Positions 39,827-53,400 of a DNA stretch of 64,000 nucleotides are shown here, piece after piece (positions within the stretch are counted from its first letter, which is position 1; every line of letters starts with the position of its first letter). The notes below the pieces were generated by a model that did not search any database, was not told where the DNA came from, and worked only from the letters and a program-made list of their open reading frames with translations. Position numbers and translations under genes: made by a program. Source of the stretch: Trichosphaerium sp. ATCC 40318 (Eukaryota; Protista; Tubulinea); contig JALMLS010000009.1 in assembly GCA_038496445.1 (NCBI GenBank), positions 62,001 through 126,000 of the forward strand, written 5' to 3'.

Positions 39827-40890
39827 TCAACTTGAGTTGTTGTTCTGTATATATCTTTTAACGAACCTCCTAAAACTCTTTTTAGATGGTTTCAGCCAAT
39901 CCAAAGTCAATGATTCTTTAGCACTTGGTCTCTTAGATACAACAGGATCTAACAATCTTTTCAAACAAGAAACTTGGCATCCTGAAATAGGATATTGTCT
40001 TTCAATATATTTCCAATCAAATCCGCCTTTCTCCCTTACTAACAATAAACTCTTCCTGAATTTATCAATATCATCTTCTTCAACACGCAGTGGGTACTTC
40101 TTAGCCAATAAAACAAAGCATAGAATGCCTACGGACCAAATATCGAATTTTTCGTTATATCCTTTTCCAATGAACGCTTCCGGTGGTACAAACTCTGGTG
40201 ATCCGTTTAGAGACAGTAAGCCTGTTTTGGCTCTTTCAATTTTAGTCGAGAAGCCAAAATCTGCCACTTTGATTGTGTTATCATTTGATACTAGTATATT
40301 GGATAGTTTTATATCTAAATAGGAGTAGTTTAGTAAAAACAAGCTACCACCGCGTGGAGTAATAAAAAAAACCGTTTGGTTGGAAAAGTGATGATCTTTT
40401 TTCTCCGCTCTCGTACCATTATGTATCCAACCAGCTGCGTGAAGGTGTTGTAAACCCTTAAGGGTTTGTTGTATGATAGTCCTAACCAATGGCTGAGGGA
40501 GGAGATGTCGGGATGATTCTACCAAATCTAATACACTTCGTTTACAACGCTCAAGTACCAAGAAACAAGACTCATCTAATTCAACGATCAGAAATCAGAA
40601 AACTGCGCAAAGAAAAAAAGATTGAATTTATGCGTTGACTAGCGAATATTCGTACCATCTGTGCTGCAGTCGTATAGTTTCAGTATATTACTGTGTTTTA
40701 CAGATTTGAGGACAGTTATTTCCTCATTTATAAGCCCTTTTGATTCCTTTACAAACGTTGGGTTGAAAACCTTGATCGCTACAATATTTTTCGTAGTTTT
40801 ATCCTTTGCTTCGTATACTTTCGAGGATTTACCAGCTGCTATATCATTAATTACTTTGTAGCGTTTTTTATACACCAACTGTGTTGTCAT
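39827..40890 (-). CDS. Ser/Thr protein kinase
   Basis: VAIK, HNDIKLSN, DFG, GSPEFVPPE and DIWSVG. Confidence 0.88.
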
Positions 40891-41493
40891 TCGTTGCCTT
40901 GGAAATTATTTACGAAAAAGGTTAAATTTCTGTACAAAATAGGCCAATTTGCTTGTTCCGCCCGGCATTCCATCATAATCGAAATGCTAGGGAATACATA
41001 ACGGATGCCATAGTGCTAAAAACACTTGGAACTTTGTGAGGTAGTACCTCACTCCGAGTACACTTACTGCATAGGATCGCTGTACGTACGGTTATTTTGT
41101 TACAAGCGCCTAAAGCTACTCTAACACCTTTTTAGGCAACTAAGCTTTTAAAGCGCATTGCGCCACAAAAGCACCTAAACGCTTTAAACCGTGGAGTACT
41201 TCAATGGCAAGGCATATAGCAGCTGCTTTATAAATAACAACGGAAAGCTACTTTCAACGCACCAAAATCTAGCTCAGGCAGAGTAAAACTGGTTTAAAAC
41301 TATCTACTTGCTGCTTATTTATAGTTCTACAATACTTGAATATGTGAGCTATGGATGATGACCTGCTATTTATTCTTGTGCTACCTGTGTCATACGCTTC
41401 CTTGAGATTGTTGCATCAATTGAAGTACTAATTACGTGGCTATACCCACTAGTAGGTAATACAAAATTGGTTTTTTATTATACAACTTTTAAT

Positions 41494-42994
41494 TTACTGA
41501 CTGATTAATTTTTGGTTTCCTAACCTTAATCGTAGTAGATCTACAACACCTTGACGTAATTGTCTACAATTAAAAAAAAAGGAGATTAGATTAATAAATA
41601 CATGCACTTTGCGTACCGTTGAACTGTTCTCTTATCTTTATGTCTAAAGACAGAGAAATCCCTGTCAACAAATGTTAGGTTCACTCGTTTTAAAGGAACA
41701 TATCAAGGAGTATACTTACCAGTGAAAGCTCGGGTATACATTTTGTAGTGCCCAAGGAAAGTAATTACTTGCACCTCTTGCACCAATTTGTGTTAGCTGC
41801 TTGTATGATATGTGATACCAATCAGAAGGTTTTTGTATTTGAAGTGATTGTTCGATACTTTGAAAGAACTGTTTTGTTCGATCATTATTCCAATAGTGTC
41901 TTGCGGCTCTATCTAATAAATGCGGTCAACAATAACATAGTTAAAAAGTACTAGAGAAAGAGACTTACGAAAGCTTAGAGGGTTCCATTGATGATCAGGG
42001 TATACGTATTTAATAAAGTTTGCAACTGAACCACCAAAAATAAGTATTATCGTCCAACCACCTATTTGTTGTATTTCTCTAGTTGTTACTGTATACCAAT
42101 CATCAATGGTCTCAAGACCAAGATATTCCTCTGCTCCTTTAGCAAACTCCAGAAAGTTGTATTGATAACACCAATGACCTTGTGGAGCTTTATCTAAACG
42201 ACAACAAAGTCAATTAGCAACAACTTTTTCACTATCTTTTTTGTTGATGATTGCCTCGTACCAAAGCGCCATGGTTGCCATCTGTAGTCAGGATAAATAA
42301 AGTGCATCAATCGCGAAAGCGAGTTACCAAACCTGTACTCCATCAACAAAAAAAAAACAGATCTCGAAATCACGTGACTAATAATACCTTGAGAGGGGAC
42401 CTGATCCTCCAATATGTATGAACTGGTTGGTTGAAATTGCATACCAGTCTGACAATATCTTCACATTCAGTGTCTCGCTTGCCTCCAACACGAATTCTTT
42501 TAAATTCCTTCCAGATAACCAATATTCTTTTGGTGTACAAGCTACGATATTTATAAGCGAAATTGAAGCACCATAATAGTAAAAATCGACATAGCGAGCG
42601 TCGTACATGACTGCCACGGGCTCCATGCATATTCTGGGTACAACGCATGAAGCATTTTCGTTACACTGTCTGAGTACAACCTAGTATGCGCTTAGATAGT
42701 ATGTGGAGTACTCTGGGTACCATAGAAGCGCTCTTCCACCATGATCCGTTATATTTTTCGAATGAACACCGTACCAATCGTCTATAGTAAATAGTCGCAT
42801 TTTTCGAGCTGTCTTGGCACGTTTTTGAGTAAAATTGTTTTAAACGCAGGTAATACCTTATTAAGAAAGCGTCGTCGGTTTTTTAATGATCTATAGTGAT
42901 TTGTGGGCTTCAAATTTGCTGTTCGCGGCCTTCTCGTAGGTTTAACGGCATTATCTATTATACTAGGCGTGGTTGCTCTCAATACACCAGCCAT
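41494..42994 (-). CDS. Protein with four ~70-aa 'DWY...GG...YP...W' repeats and a basic N-terminus
   Basis: Spliced repeats DDWY/SDWY/DDWY/SDWY, each followed by GG or GA and YPxxxW. Confidence 0.7.
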
Positions 42995-43229
42995 AGATAC
43001 TTCAGGTTGTTTCGGGCATTATGCGTGTTTGTAATCAAAAAAGTAATGAGACTTTGCATTGAAGACATTTGACATTTTGATGGTTTGGACAAATCTCTGT
43101 GTGCACACTAAAATACGTGTACGTCTAGATACTCTTTCTTTGATGCGTTAAAGTGTCAAAAAACTTTGTTTGAGTGCAGGTTTTTTTGTTTTTGTTTTAT
43201 TGACAAATGCTGAAAAAAAAAGGCTTTGT

Positions 43230-44155
43230 CTAGTCTAACAATTGATCTCTAAGTACTAGAGGTCCTGCAATATCTTCTGCATTTTCTGTACGTGCTTCAA
43301 ATCCAGCAATAATCCATTTTGCTTCTGTCTCTGGTGCAATTTCAGGGTAGCACTGAAATGCAACTGTTCCATTTTTTATTTTTTCTCCTTCAGCAGGAAC
43401 CAACAACTGAACATGTGGAACGTACTTTATAAATAAAATATAAGCGAATGGTTAATAAAACGACGCTATCAAATGGATTTGCAGCGTTTTTTGTGAAGAA
43501 ATCAAAAAGGTTTTGTAAAATGACCTTTTAACCCTTTGAAACGATGAAAAGAATGCGTATCGTTCATTCTGCGACTTACGTAGAGTAGTTTCCAATCAAA
43601 ATTGCCTGACACAGGATTGACGAAAACGCCGAATTTCATTCCTGCTTTGAGCCTCATACGGCTAGCGACCATTTTCAAGCCACCAAATTCTTTAGGTAGT
43701 TCAGTGTCATTTTCAAAAATGCCAAGTACTTTAGTGTCTAATTGCTTCCACATGCGTGGCTATGCGTTGTAGTGGTAAGAAACTGCAAAATATTAAGCAC
43801 ATCTCTAGTATCGTACCAAAAGCCTAATTTCCTCTATTTGTAGCTGTTTACGATACTCAAACATATCACCAACATCCCAGCCGACTCTAATGGCGACACC
43901 TACACATGGTGTTAATTTACGAAAACACATGCGTGTGGGCGTAGTAATGTACCTACTATAGCAGCCATAGCTACCCATGAATACGGGCTGTCAGGTTGTG
44001 GCTTTTCGTAAGTTGGTATTTCCCTAAATTTGCTGTATGCGCGTCTTCTAAGCGCTGCAGCTACCGAAGAAGCTATTTGCGGTTAATAATAATTTCAGTA
44101 CAGTAAAAAGCAGCGACAACGCACCTACAGGACGACGAATGAAGCTATTGAACAT
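43230..44155 (-). CDS. Hypothetical protein
   Basis: Coding-like exons flanked by GT-AG introns. The exon chain was only partly traced. Confidence 0.45.
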
Positions 44156-44255
44156 GTCCAACGAACCAAATACGTAAAAATCCCTCGTATGAATAGGGTG
44201 ACTTAAAGCAATGAAAAAATCAACTCAACTCACTTGATTTCATGAATTGCCACTA

Positions 44256-47200
44256 ATGGGTGGCCCTTTGACAAAGGTTTCCCAGAACAAAGCTTCTAGC
44301 AAGCAGCATCACAATGACGACTTGTTTAAACAACTATCACGAAGTGGGATTGGCAAAATTATCTATGATCGTAATGTAAATACAGGCAAAACGCGAAAAT
44401 TTACTATTGTAGAACAAATTGGCAAAGGTACAATGAATAAAATAGAAAAAAAAGAAAAAAAGGAATAGACAAAATCTTTTACCCTTGGTATTGCTTGCTC
44501 TTACTTGAATTTATAAGGTGCTTTTGGTACTGTTTACCTTGGAGAATGCGATGGGGACCGTTATGCATTAAAATTTATCACGTGCGCTACGCAAAAAGAG
44601 CTCATAGACGCTACGAAAGAGGTACTGTTTTGGCAAATGGTGTTTTTGTGTACACCTTGTTTATACACGTGTGTACAATATTAGGCGCTATAATACGTGA
44701 TATTTAAGTATTAATACTGGTTTATCAGGCAAGGGCGCTACTGGAGTTGAAGCAGTCGCGTCACATTGTTAAATTCAAGGGAGGGTTCCCAATTTTAGGG
44801 GAAGATAATAACCCGACTGCTTTGTGTATTATTATGGAGTACATAGAAGGACATACGCTTCGTAATGTAATGGAAAAAGGAACTAGTATGCCTTTGGAAG
44901 TACGTCAAATTATTATTTAATTGTGTCCATAGTGTCTTTTCAATCACGTGACCTCTAATTTAATTAAGCGTGTTGTTAAATGGTTCATTCAACTTTTGGA
45001 AGCGCTAAATGAGATGCATACTCTTAAAATAGTACACAGGCATGGGTAGTATTATTCATCTCTTTTTAATTGATGTTCTCAATAGGGATATCAAACCAGC
45101 TAACATCATACTGCGCAAGGTGAGCTTATTTTCTTTTCAGATTTTTACCTTTTTTTCTGCTGTGTAAATCAGACTACCCATTTCTGTTCCCTTCTTTATA
45201 CCCGCGTGATATGAAGTTGTTTGTTAGGCTAACACTCTCGCCATTTTTTTTTTTTGATTAGGGAACTGCAGTTCCTTTCTATTGGTTTACACTCCTCGTA
45301 GGAAAATGATGGATATCATCCTATTATTGTAGATTTAGGCGTTTGGTCAGAGATAAATAAAACAATACGAACTTGCGCTGGTACATTACCGTACTTTGCA
45401 CCTGGTACGCTTTGGTTAACGCTTTTGCACCACGATAAATTAATGCTACTATTCTAGAGTATTGGAACCAGCAAGGCCGAGTTAACAATAGCAAGGTTGA
45501 CATTTGGGCGTTGGGATGTGTGTTATACGAGGTATTGACGGCAGATATGGGTTTTGTAAAGCATTCAGCTGGGATGGCCGGTCACCTATTAAATAACCCA
45601 GAACTTTTAGAAACGTACTTCTGTCATTTAAAGCTACTAGTAAGCATTTGTCACGTGCTAACTTTTTTTTAGGCAAATACATGATCAGAGCCTTAGAGCT
45701 ATACTTCGAATGATGTTCCAAGATGATCCTCACAATAGACCTTCTGCTAAAGAACTTTTGAATCATGATTTAATTCTGGGATGGAGAGCAGCGCTTAATC
45801 CAAAACCGTCATGTGTTGCAAAAAGTTCTTCATTTTTAATGCCTTTCTTATCTTGCTTATCTGATCAACTTTCTATTGGACTTCAACTAGCTTCTTTAAA
45901 CTTCATAGCAGAGTACGCAATATATCACATCATTTTTTTTCTTACAAAAGAATCAATGGATTACGCTGAACATGCTCTTTGGTTTCAACTTTTTTTATTT
46001 GAATTTTTGAAATGTTTAGAAAGAAACTCATATTCTGAAGGAATATCACCCATACTGGCTTTAAATATGATTTACTACAGCTTAAAGCAGTTCCACGTAT
46101 ATTAGACCTGTTAAAAAGATCACTTTTGAATAAGAATAGAGACAATTCAATAGGTGTTAAGAAGGTAAGGATGGCATGCCTTAAATTACTAGAAGATTTG
46201 ATAAGGAGGGAACCATTTAAGTTTGGATTTGCTTTAGAAATATACGCTTATGGTGGACTTGAATGGATTATTGATAAGTTCTCTCAAGGTGATTCGGATG
46301 TTTTTAAACTAATACCAGTTCTTTCAAGGCTCTGTAGATCACGAGCGATGGTAGGAAACGTTTTTTTTTGTCAACATGTTTGAACTTTATTTTGACTTTC
46401 TTGTTTTTTCAGTATAAGATTGTGAGAGATCTTGGCCTCCCTTACTTTCTAGAACTCTCCATGATTACAGATACAAATAATTTATCAAAACAAGCAGCAG
46501 GGTTATTCGCTGACCTATCTGACTATGATCCAGTGAATGATGCAGTACTTTTGAAGAGATTTCTAGAACATATAAATACTTTACCATCTCAAGATTGTTT
46601 TGCTTTGTTAAACCATTTCATACAAACTAAGGCACGTGTTTGTTTCGAAATATTCAAATTTACATTTAATATTCTATAGGTAGCGCCTGGACTAGTGATA
46701 TCTAGTAGGTCAACCAGCAAGTTGTTCGCGCCTGTGTTGAGAAATGCGCTTTCAGCTCAACGAAATAATTTAAATTGGGTTCTGTTGACAAGAAGGATTG
46801 AACCTTCGATCAACGCCACCACCTTACTAGGTCGTTGTTCGTACTTAGTACGTTCTTAAGCATTCGTTTACGTATTAACAATAACTTCTGACGCTTCAAT
46901 GTCTGTAGGTAACTGGGAAGTTTTACATTCTTCAAACACTTGGGTTTTGCTATACATGCGGAAGCGATGTATGTCTCGCATGTGTTCAACACTGTCATCG
47001 AAATCACTCTGTGTCTATAACAACAAGATCAGGGTATTGTCATTGCAGCGCTACTAGAAAATGTGGATGCACTGACAAGTCGTTGGTAAACCAACAATCG
47101 TAAGAATCAATTTCTTATTGTTCTCATCATTAATTTTGCTTTAGGTTATCTTTCAGTTGTGTGAATCGGCAGGAATTCCTCTCCCCGGCATCAAGAGAAG

Positions 47201-48928
47201 ACAACAGGGATCAGATAATGTGGTAAAGGAGAAAGTACATCGGACAGAAGTCTAAAATGTCACTTTTAGGAGAAGAGAACGTTGTGTTCAATTTAGAACA
47301 ACTAAAAAAGTAACTCGTTCTTTCCTACAAAGATTTTACTTTTCAGGTGATTATGAAGACCAATTAGGCATTGCATTCTTTTTTGAAATAAAAGCACGTG
47401 TATTTTGATATTTCCATTACTTTCACGTGATAACATTATTTGAATTAAAGGTGCTTGAATTTCCTTCGGGTGAAAACTTGCCTCATTCAGGTATGCTCTC
47501 AGTGGGCCTCACTGCTGATTCTCATTGGCGTGGTAATCTTGGATGTCATAGTGGAGAAGTATCATATTGTTCTAAGACAGGAAAAGCTTACTTTGGAAAA
47601 CGTACAAAACAACAAAACACTACTCCAACAAATCAAAAACTATCTAATATTTTTTACTTTGCAGCAAAAGAAGGAGTTCCATACGGTCCTAACTTCACAG
47701 TTGGAGATGTTGTCGGATGTGGCGTTTTGACTACTGGAGAGGTCTTCTTTACTCTAAATAATACCTTCCTTATGACCGTACCTTCATTTAAAGTACATCC
47801 AAGACAAACAATGGTCGCATGCGTGTCATCATTAGCAAGAGTTAAATTTTCTTTTAATCTTTCTGGACCTTTTATTTTTGAACAATATAGAAAGATGATG
47901 TTATCTATCAAATCACCTTTAATACCTGCTGTTAATACTATTGCTCTTGATCTTTTTTTGGATAAAAACATAATAAGAATGGTATGCGCTGAACTCACAC
48001 GGCTCTTTATCGATAGAACAGAGTTATATCTGGCAACTACTTTCATCGAAGGTGTTGCAATGATGGGTACTACCTCGTCTTTTTTCTTCCTCCCTGGTTT
48101 TTCTTATTTTTTTCTTGGTCTTGTAATTTTTTTGTTTGTTCCGCTTTTCTGAGTTTTTTTATAGATCCAAATACGGCTAAAAATATATGCGAAGCGTGCC
48201 CGAGGTTATGGACAACTATGCAAACACATAAGGACCCTGTAATTATACGTCAAAGGGAGCTTTGCAAAAGACAATTTGCAAAAGTTGGATTCCCTGTAAT
48301 ACCATCAGGAGTGTGGAGCTCGCAAGATAATATTCGACCACATGACCCTAATACACATAACCTTCGCAGATCTGTATCGGCAGACAGCTATACTGAATCT
48401 GGTAACAGAGGAAGCCCTTCAATGTCCCGAATGAGGCATGCCAACTCACAAATCTCAATGCGCCATGACATCCACCCTAGCCATCCTATTGTTTCTACTA
48501 CTATTGCAACTTCTAATGATGCTATAAGACATCATCGTGGTACTTCTAATAGTCATCAACAACAGAATCCAATAAGGTTATATGGATGTAAGAAAGGAAC
48601 AAGAAAGTGGGTTAGTTTTACGATATATGAAAGATCTGAAAGAGAAGTTAAGGCGTCATATGCCAGAAAATTAGGTTTAGATTGGACTCAAATCGTTTGC
48701 GTACGAAAACATCTTCCGTTGAATTCACCTTTGAAGTTTCTTTGAAAACTTGTTTTTTTTTTGTTTATCCCATTCTACGTCTTTCCCAAAACAACGTATT
48801 GTTGAGTTCTCATTTTTCTTACGAGTTTTCCAAAGGTTGAGATGAAACGTGGTGATTTGTTTCAAAAACTATCAGGCAACTCTTTTTCGATGCTAGAATC
48901 AGGAGCTTCTTTGTATTTTGTAATGTAA
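44256..48928 (+). CDS. NEK-like kinase + helical region + SPRY domain protein
   Basis: IGKGAFGTVY, ALK, IVHRDIKPAN, DLG, GTLPYFAPE, DIWALG, then SPRY motifs FFEIKVL, YGPNFTVGDVVGCGV and VFFTLN. Confidence 0.85.
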
Positions 48929-49073
48929 ATATAGTTATTTTTTTTTCGAACTGTGACGTTGTTTGGGTAAAAAAAGTCAAGGAAAGTAGTTGAATAAAAA
49001 AACTCGAACGAAACGATTGTTACTTATTATCAACCAAAAGTATTGAAAACACGTGCTTGAAAATTTACAAGAA

Positions 49074-50113
49074 ATGTCAATAAACAAAAAACTAGCCCTG
49101 AATCAAAGGTATGTTCAATATACATGTCGATATTGTTCTAAAACACATCAACCAGTACACAGTCAAGAACGCGAATCGCAGAGCTACCTACAGAGATTTT
49201 AGCGCATATTCTTAGTTTTACTGAAATTAAAGCGCGATTAGCAGCGTGTCTTACCTGCGGTATATTTGCTTCCATTATTCATAATATTATTGGATATGTA
49301 AGAATCATTGTTTACACAATTGATCAAGCAAAAGTACTTTGTAAACAACCTGGTGTCCTTAAACATACAAGAATCGAAATACGCTGTGTTGAATTTCCTG
49401 ACTTGGTTGTAAACAAACTTGCTGGTGCTTGCACCACTATCCTTTCCCATTGTCAAGATATAACAGATATAGGCATCAAAGCCCTTGCTGGTGTTCACAC
49501 CATTGATCTTTGCTATTGCCAAAGTATTACTGATGAAGGCATTAAGGCGATCGCTGGTGTTCATACCATTACCCTTAGTGGTTGCCGAAGCATTACTGAT
49601 GAAGGCATCAAGGCACTCACTGGTGTTCATACCATCTACCTTAACTATTGCCAAAATATTACTGATGAAGGCATCAAGGCGATCGCTGGTGTTCATACCA
49701 TTACCCTTAGTGGTTGTCGAAACATTACTGATGAAGGCATCAAGGCACTCACTGGTGTTCACACCATTCATCTTGAATCTTGCCAAAGCGTTACTGATGA
49801 AGGCATCAAGGCACTCACTGGTGTTCACACCATAGATCTTGGATATTGCCAAAGCATTACTGACGAAGGCATTATGGCGATCGCTGGTGTTCATACCATT
49901 AACCTCGGTGGTTGTCAAAATATTACTGATGAAGGTATTAAGGCGCTCGCTGGTGTTCATACCATTAACCTTAGTGATTGCCAAAGCATTACTGATGAAG
50001 GCATCAAAGCGCTTGCTGGCGTTCATACCATCTACCTTAACGATTGCCAAAGCATTACTGGTGAATGCGTCAAAGCTCTTGCTGGTGCTTACAAGATACA
50101 CCGTAGAATTTAG
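49074..50113 (+). CDS. F-box + 22-aa LRR protein, paralog of 7812-8811
   Basis: One 5' intron, ELPTEILAHILSF and about 10 repeats of CQSITDEGIKALAGVHTIxL. Confidence 0.85.
49450..50090 (+). repeat. 66-bp coding tandem repeat array
   Basis: attactgatgaaggcatcaaggc...gctggtgttcataccat recurs every 66 bp at high identity. Confidence 0.9.
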
Positions 50114-50429
50114 GCTTGAAGCTTTATCTGGTGTTTATTCGATTAAGGTCTGAACAAAGGTGTAGGTAACAAAGGGGCGAATCAATAAATTAGTAACAAG
50201 TCGTTGCGTTGTTAAATCAAAACCTTGTCTTCAATAAACAGCATCCCATTAGTATGTACTTCAACAAGTCATGCTAAAGGTGTAAACATTTATTAAACTA
50301 AGGGCATGATTTGGTACTACTTTGAGAAGCTATGGATAGCAATGTTAGGCTAACCTTGTTGATAAATTCTTATATTGCTCATATTCCTCGCAAGCATAGT
50401 AACTCCAAGAGCAATCCCAGAAAGTGTTG

Positions 50430-53400
50430 CTACAGCGCTTGTACAAAAAAGTACAGTTCTAAATCTTGTACTAAAGAAACATTTGTATGACCTGTTTTTT
50501 GTGAGTAAGTTGAAAAGACATTCAAAAAGAAGTACAGTAATTTGGAGTAAGACAAGTATTGTAAAAAGATCACATGTTTTTCATTAAAGTCACGTTTTTT
50601 GTAGAAATCTGTAGGTAAAAGTTTTGGTTTTTGGTTGTTCAGCCTTGACTTTGTATCGTACCAGTGTGCCCAATAAACATATTTGACTGAAACAACAAAC
50701 TTTTCAAATTGTTCAATTTCTTTACCGCTTGCGTCTTCGTTTGTATAAGATAGGGATTTATATGGTACTGCAAACCATTTGAAGAGGTACAATATAAAGA
50801 AAAATGACCTTGACCTTAAGGGAACAAAGTGTTAACAAAAAATGTGTTTTTTTCTCTTTTTTTCTCTTCGTACTTGCAAATTCGGCTCCATGAGCCTTGT
50901 AAAATATCGAACATTGCGTAATTACCTCCTACAGAATATATATCAAGCATTGATTGCAAATACATATCCATTGTAAGACGTAATCCTCTAAACAAATAAG
51001 AAGATAAACAACTTTGACTTTTGTTGTCTTTTTTTTCATACCTGTATTGTGGATGTACCCACGCCGTTACAATTTCGTAAGTACCAGGGGGTGGTTTTAT
51101 CCTAGGCCGGTTTTCTTCACAATCATCTTGTTCAGCGTCTTTATGTGAATCATGTTGTTTTACCTTGTAAAAAGCGGTTTAGTGTCTCAACTAATGTTCT
51201 TGTCTGTTTTTATGTGTACCTTTTCTGTAAGACAATAAGCAATAATATCATTCACTTTATCTTGTGAAGAAGCAAATGCAACAGAGCCTATAAAAATAAC
51301 AGTAAAAAACAAATCAGTTTTAAGAAAATAACAAGATTATCTGAGTTCTGGAGATTTCTTTTTTACCTGTTACTCTTATTTCTGATAGCATGTGTAGAAA
51401 TTCTGCTGATGTTTCATCTCTGGGTCTACCTATGTGCATAGGTTAACTTCATATAATGCATTTCAATTGATAGCTTGCCTCCACGATCACGCCATACTCT
51501 ATCTTCGTTTGAAAATATCCACCTCATCGCCTTCTCTTGCTTTCGTTCATCGATTTGATAGAACTTCACCTACGAAGCAAACCGGCTGTTAACAAACATT
51601 GTCTAGCTGTTTTGAACATATTTGAATAAAAACAGGAGGAAGTGGATACCATGTGTTTGTTATGTAGTTGAACTTCGTTAACACGTTTTAGGAATTCTTT
51701 CGGATTGATTTTAAGAGAATCAATAATCTTTTTAGTCTTTTCTTCGCATGAACTAGCCAAACGAAGTTGGGCTTTTAACTCAAAAAAGTGGTTTCTGTTT
51801 TGAATATAAAGAGCTGGTAGTACTTCTACATCATAATATCTAAATAGTAAACCAGTCAGCTTAAACAAAAAAATCATCTTGTCCATGTTTGGAAATAGCA
51901 CGTGATTTTCTGTTGGGCTCTTGTTGCAACTTGGTTGCTTCCAAAATGGTAGAGTTATTACCTTAAAATTTCCTTGTTAACACATTGCATTATCATATCT
52001 ATCACGTGATCCTTCTCTTCTGTTGTTATTTTTCTTCCTTGCTTTTTTTTTCTTTTCTTCATATTTTTCTTGTTGTATTGATTCAAATCAAAGCCAACTG
52101 TTAAAATTGACTTATCGTATGTTCCATCAGAAAAGAAAAGTTGAATAAACTTTGCAATAAATCTTCCAAAAGCATCAGGAGACACTAAAACAGCATAAGT
52201 ATGAGCTCCGAAAGAAACAATATTTACAAACAAAACAAGCTATCTTTTCTCGCTAACATAATGTATGATACTCCAATTAACAAACTTACAGTTCAAAATG
52301 TACACCGAACTGATTTAACAGGAATTTTAAGGTAATCAAATGATAAATCGAATAAGAAACCAATGTAAAGTAAAAAACTCATTCTTACCAAGTTTCATAA
52401 TTTCTTCGTTATTCTTAATCGCAATGAATGAGTTTGTCACTATTTGCCCTGGTAAATCCTTTTGTACTTCCACTTTCTTTGGTGGTTTTTGTCTTGGTAA
52501 AATACTCAATTCACTAGTGGGTTTAGATTGTCATAGAAAAAACCTCAAACATCAAGTTTTCTTGGATTTGTATGGAATTATTACCTGCTACTCTTTAACA
52601 TAAATAACCGTTGTTGCTGAGGCAATAGCTTATAGTTACTACTGTTAATGACTAAGTCACCAGGCTTTATCTTTTCCTAAAGACCAATGTCAACAACGAC
52701 AAACCTCTTTTAAACGAAAATCACTAACAGCCTTGAAATCGTAATAACTCTCTACTCCTGCATCTTTAAAAAAGTCGTCTCTAAAAGAATGTTACTAAGA
52801 AAATATCTCTAATTCACGTACTTGTATGTTATAATGCTTCCTGAAATCTGGGGCTGTAATACTTCAGAAGCAAGAGAAAAGACTTTTGAACTTGGAAATT
52901 GTTTTGGTAGTATTACTGCTTGTATACATCCAGATGCAATCAGTTGAGCGAACAATGACATCCAAACCAATGAAGTATCATACGGATGACCAGTACCGTA
53001 CAACTTCGAGAAGAAGTTAAAACCCAAAGTACAACGCACAGTAAAAGTATTTCTTACCTTATAAAAATAGAGTCCTTGGTCAGAGAATAGTACTTCTATA
53101 TTCTCTAGCTCATCGACAAATATTGAATCACCATCTTTACTCTCAGCATACAGACTTATAAACGCTGCGTTAGCCTTGAGTGCATTCTCCATAGGCTTCT
53201 CACAATGGTCTAAACTTGTAAGCTCAATTGACTTCTGGGTTCTTTTTATTGCTCATACCGCCATTTGGGGCATAGCACCCAACTATCTTCCGTCCGCAAA
53301 CACTAAGAGATCTCAAAAATCTATAAATATAAATAGGATTAGTTAACGATGTATGAGTGAGAACTATTTTCTCACGTGTTGTTAAGCCTACAGAGGTATC

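Noticed and set aside
49450-50090. CRISPR-like periodicity
   Set aside because: These are in-frame coding repeats with no unique spacers, in a eukaryotic context with no cas genes.
49238-50153. Long antisense and alternative-frame ORFs over the LRR arrays (also 8361-8792)
   Set aside because: They are shadows of a stop-poor tandem repeat.
51580-51649. Possible U12-type intron (donor GTATCCAC)
   Set aside because: It deviates from RTATCCTT and has no TCCTTAAC branch site.
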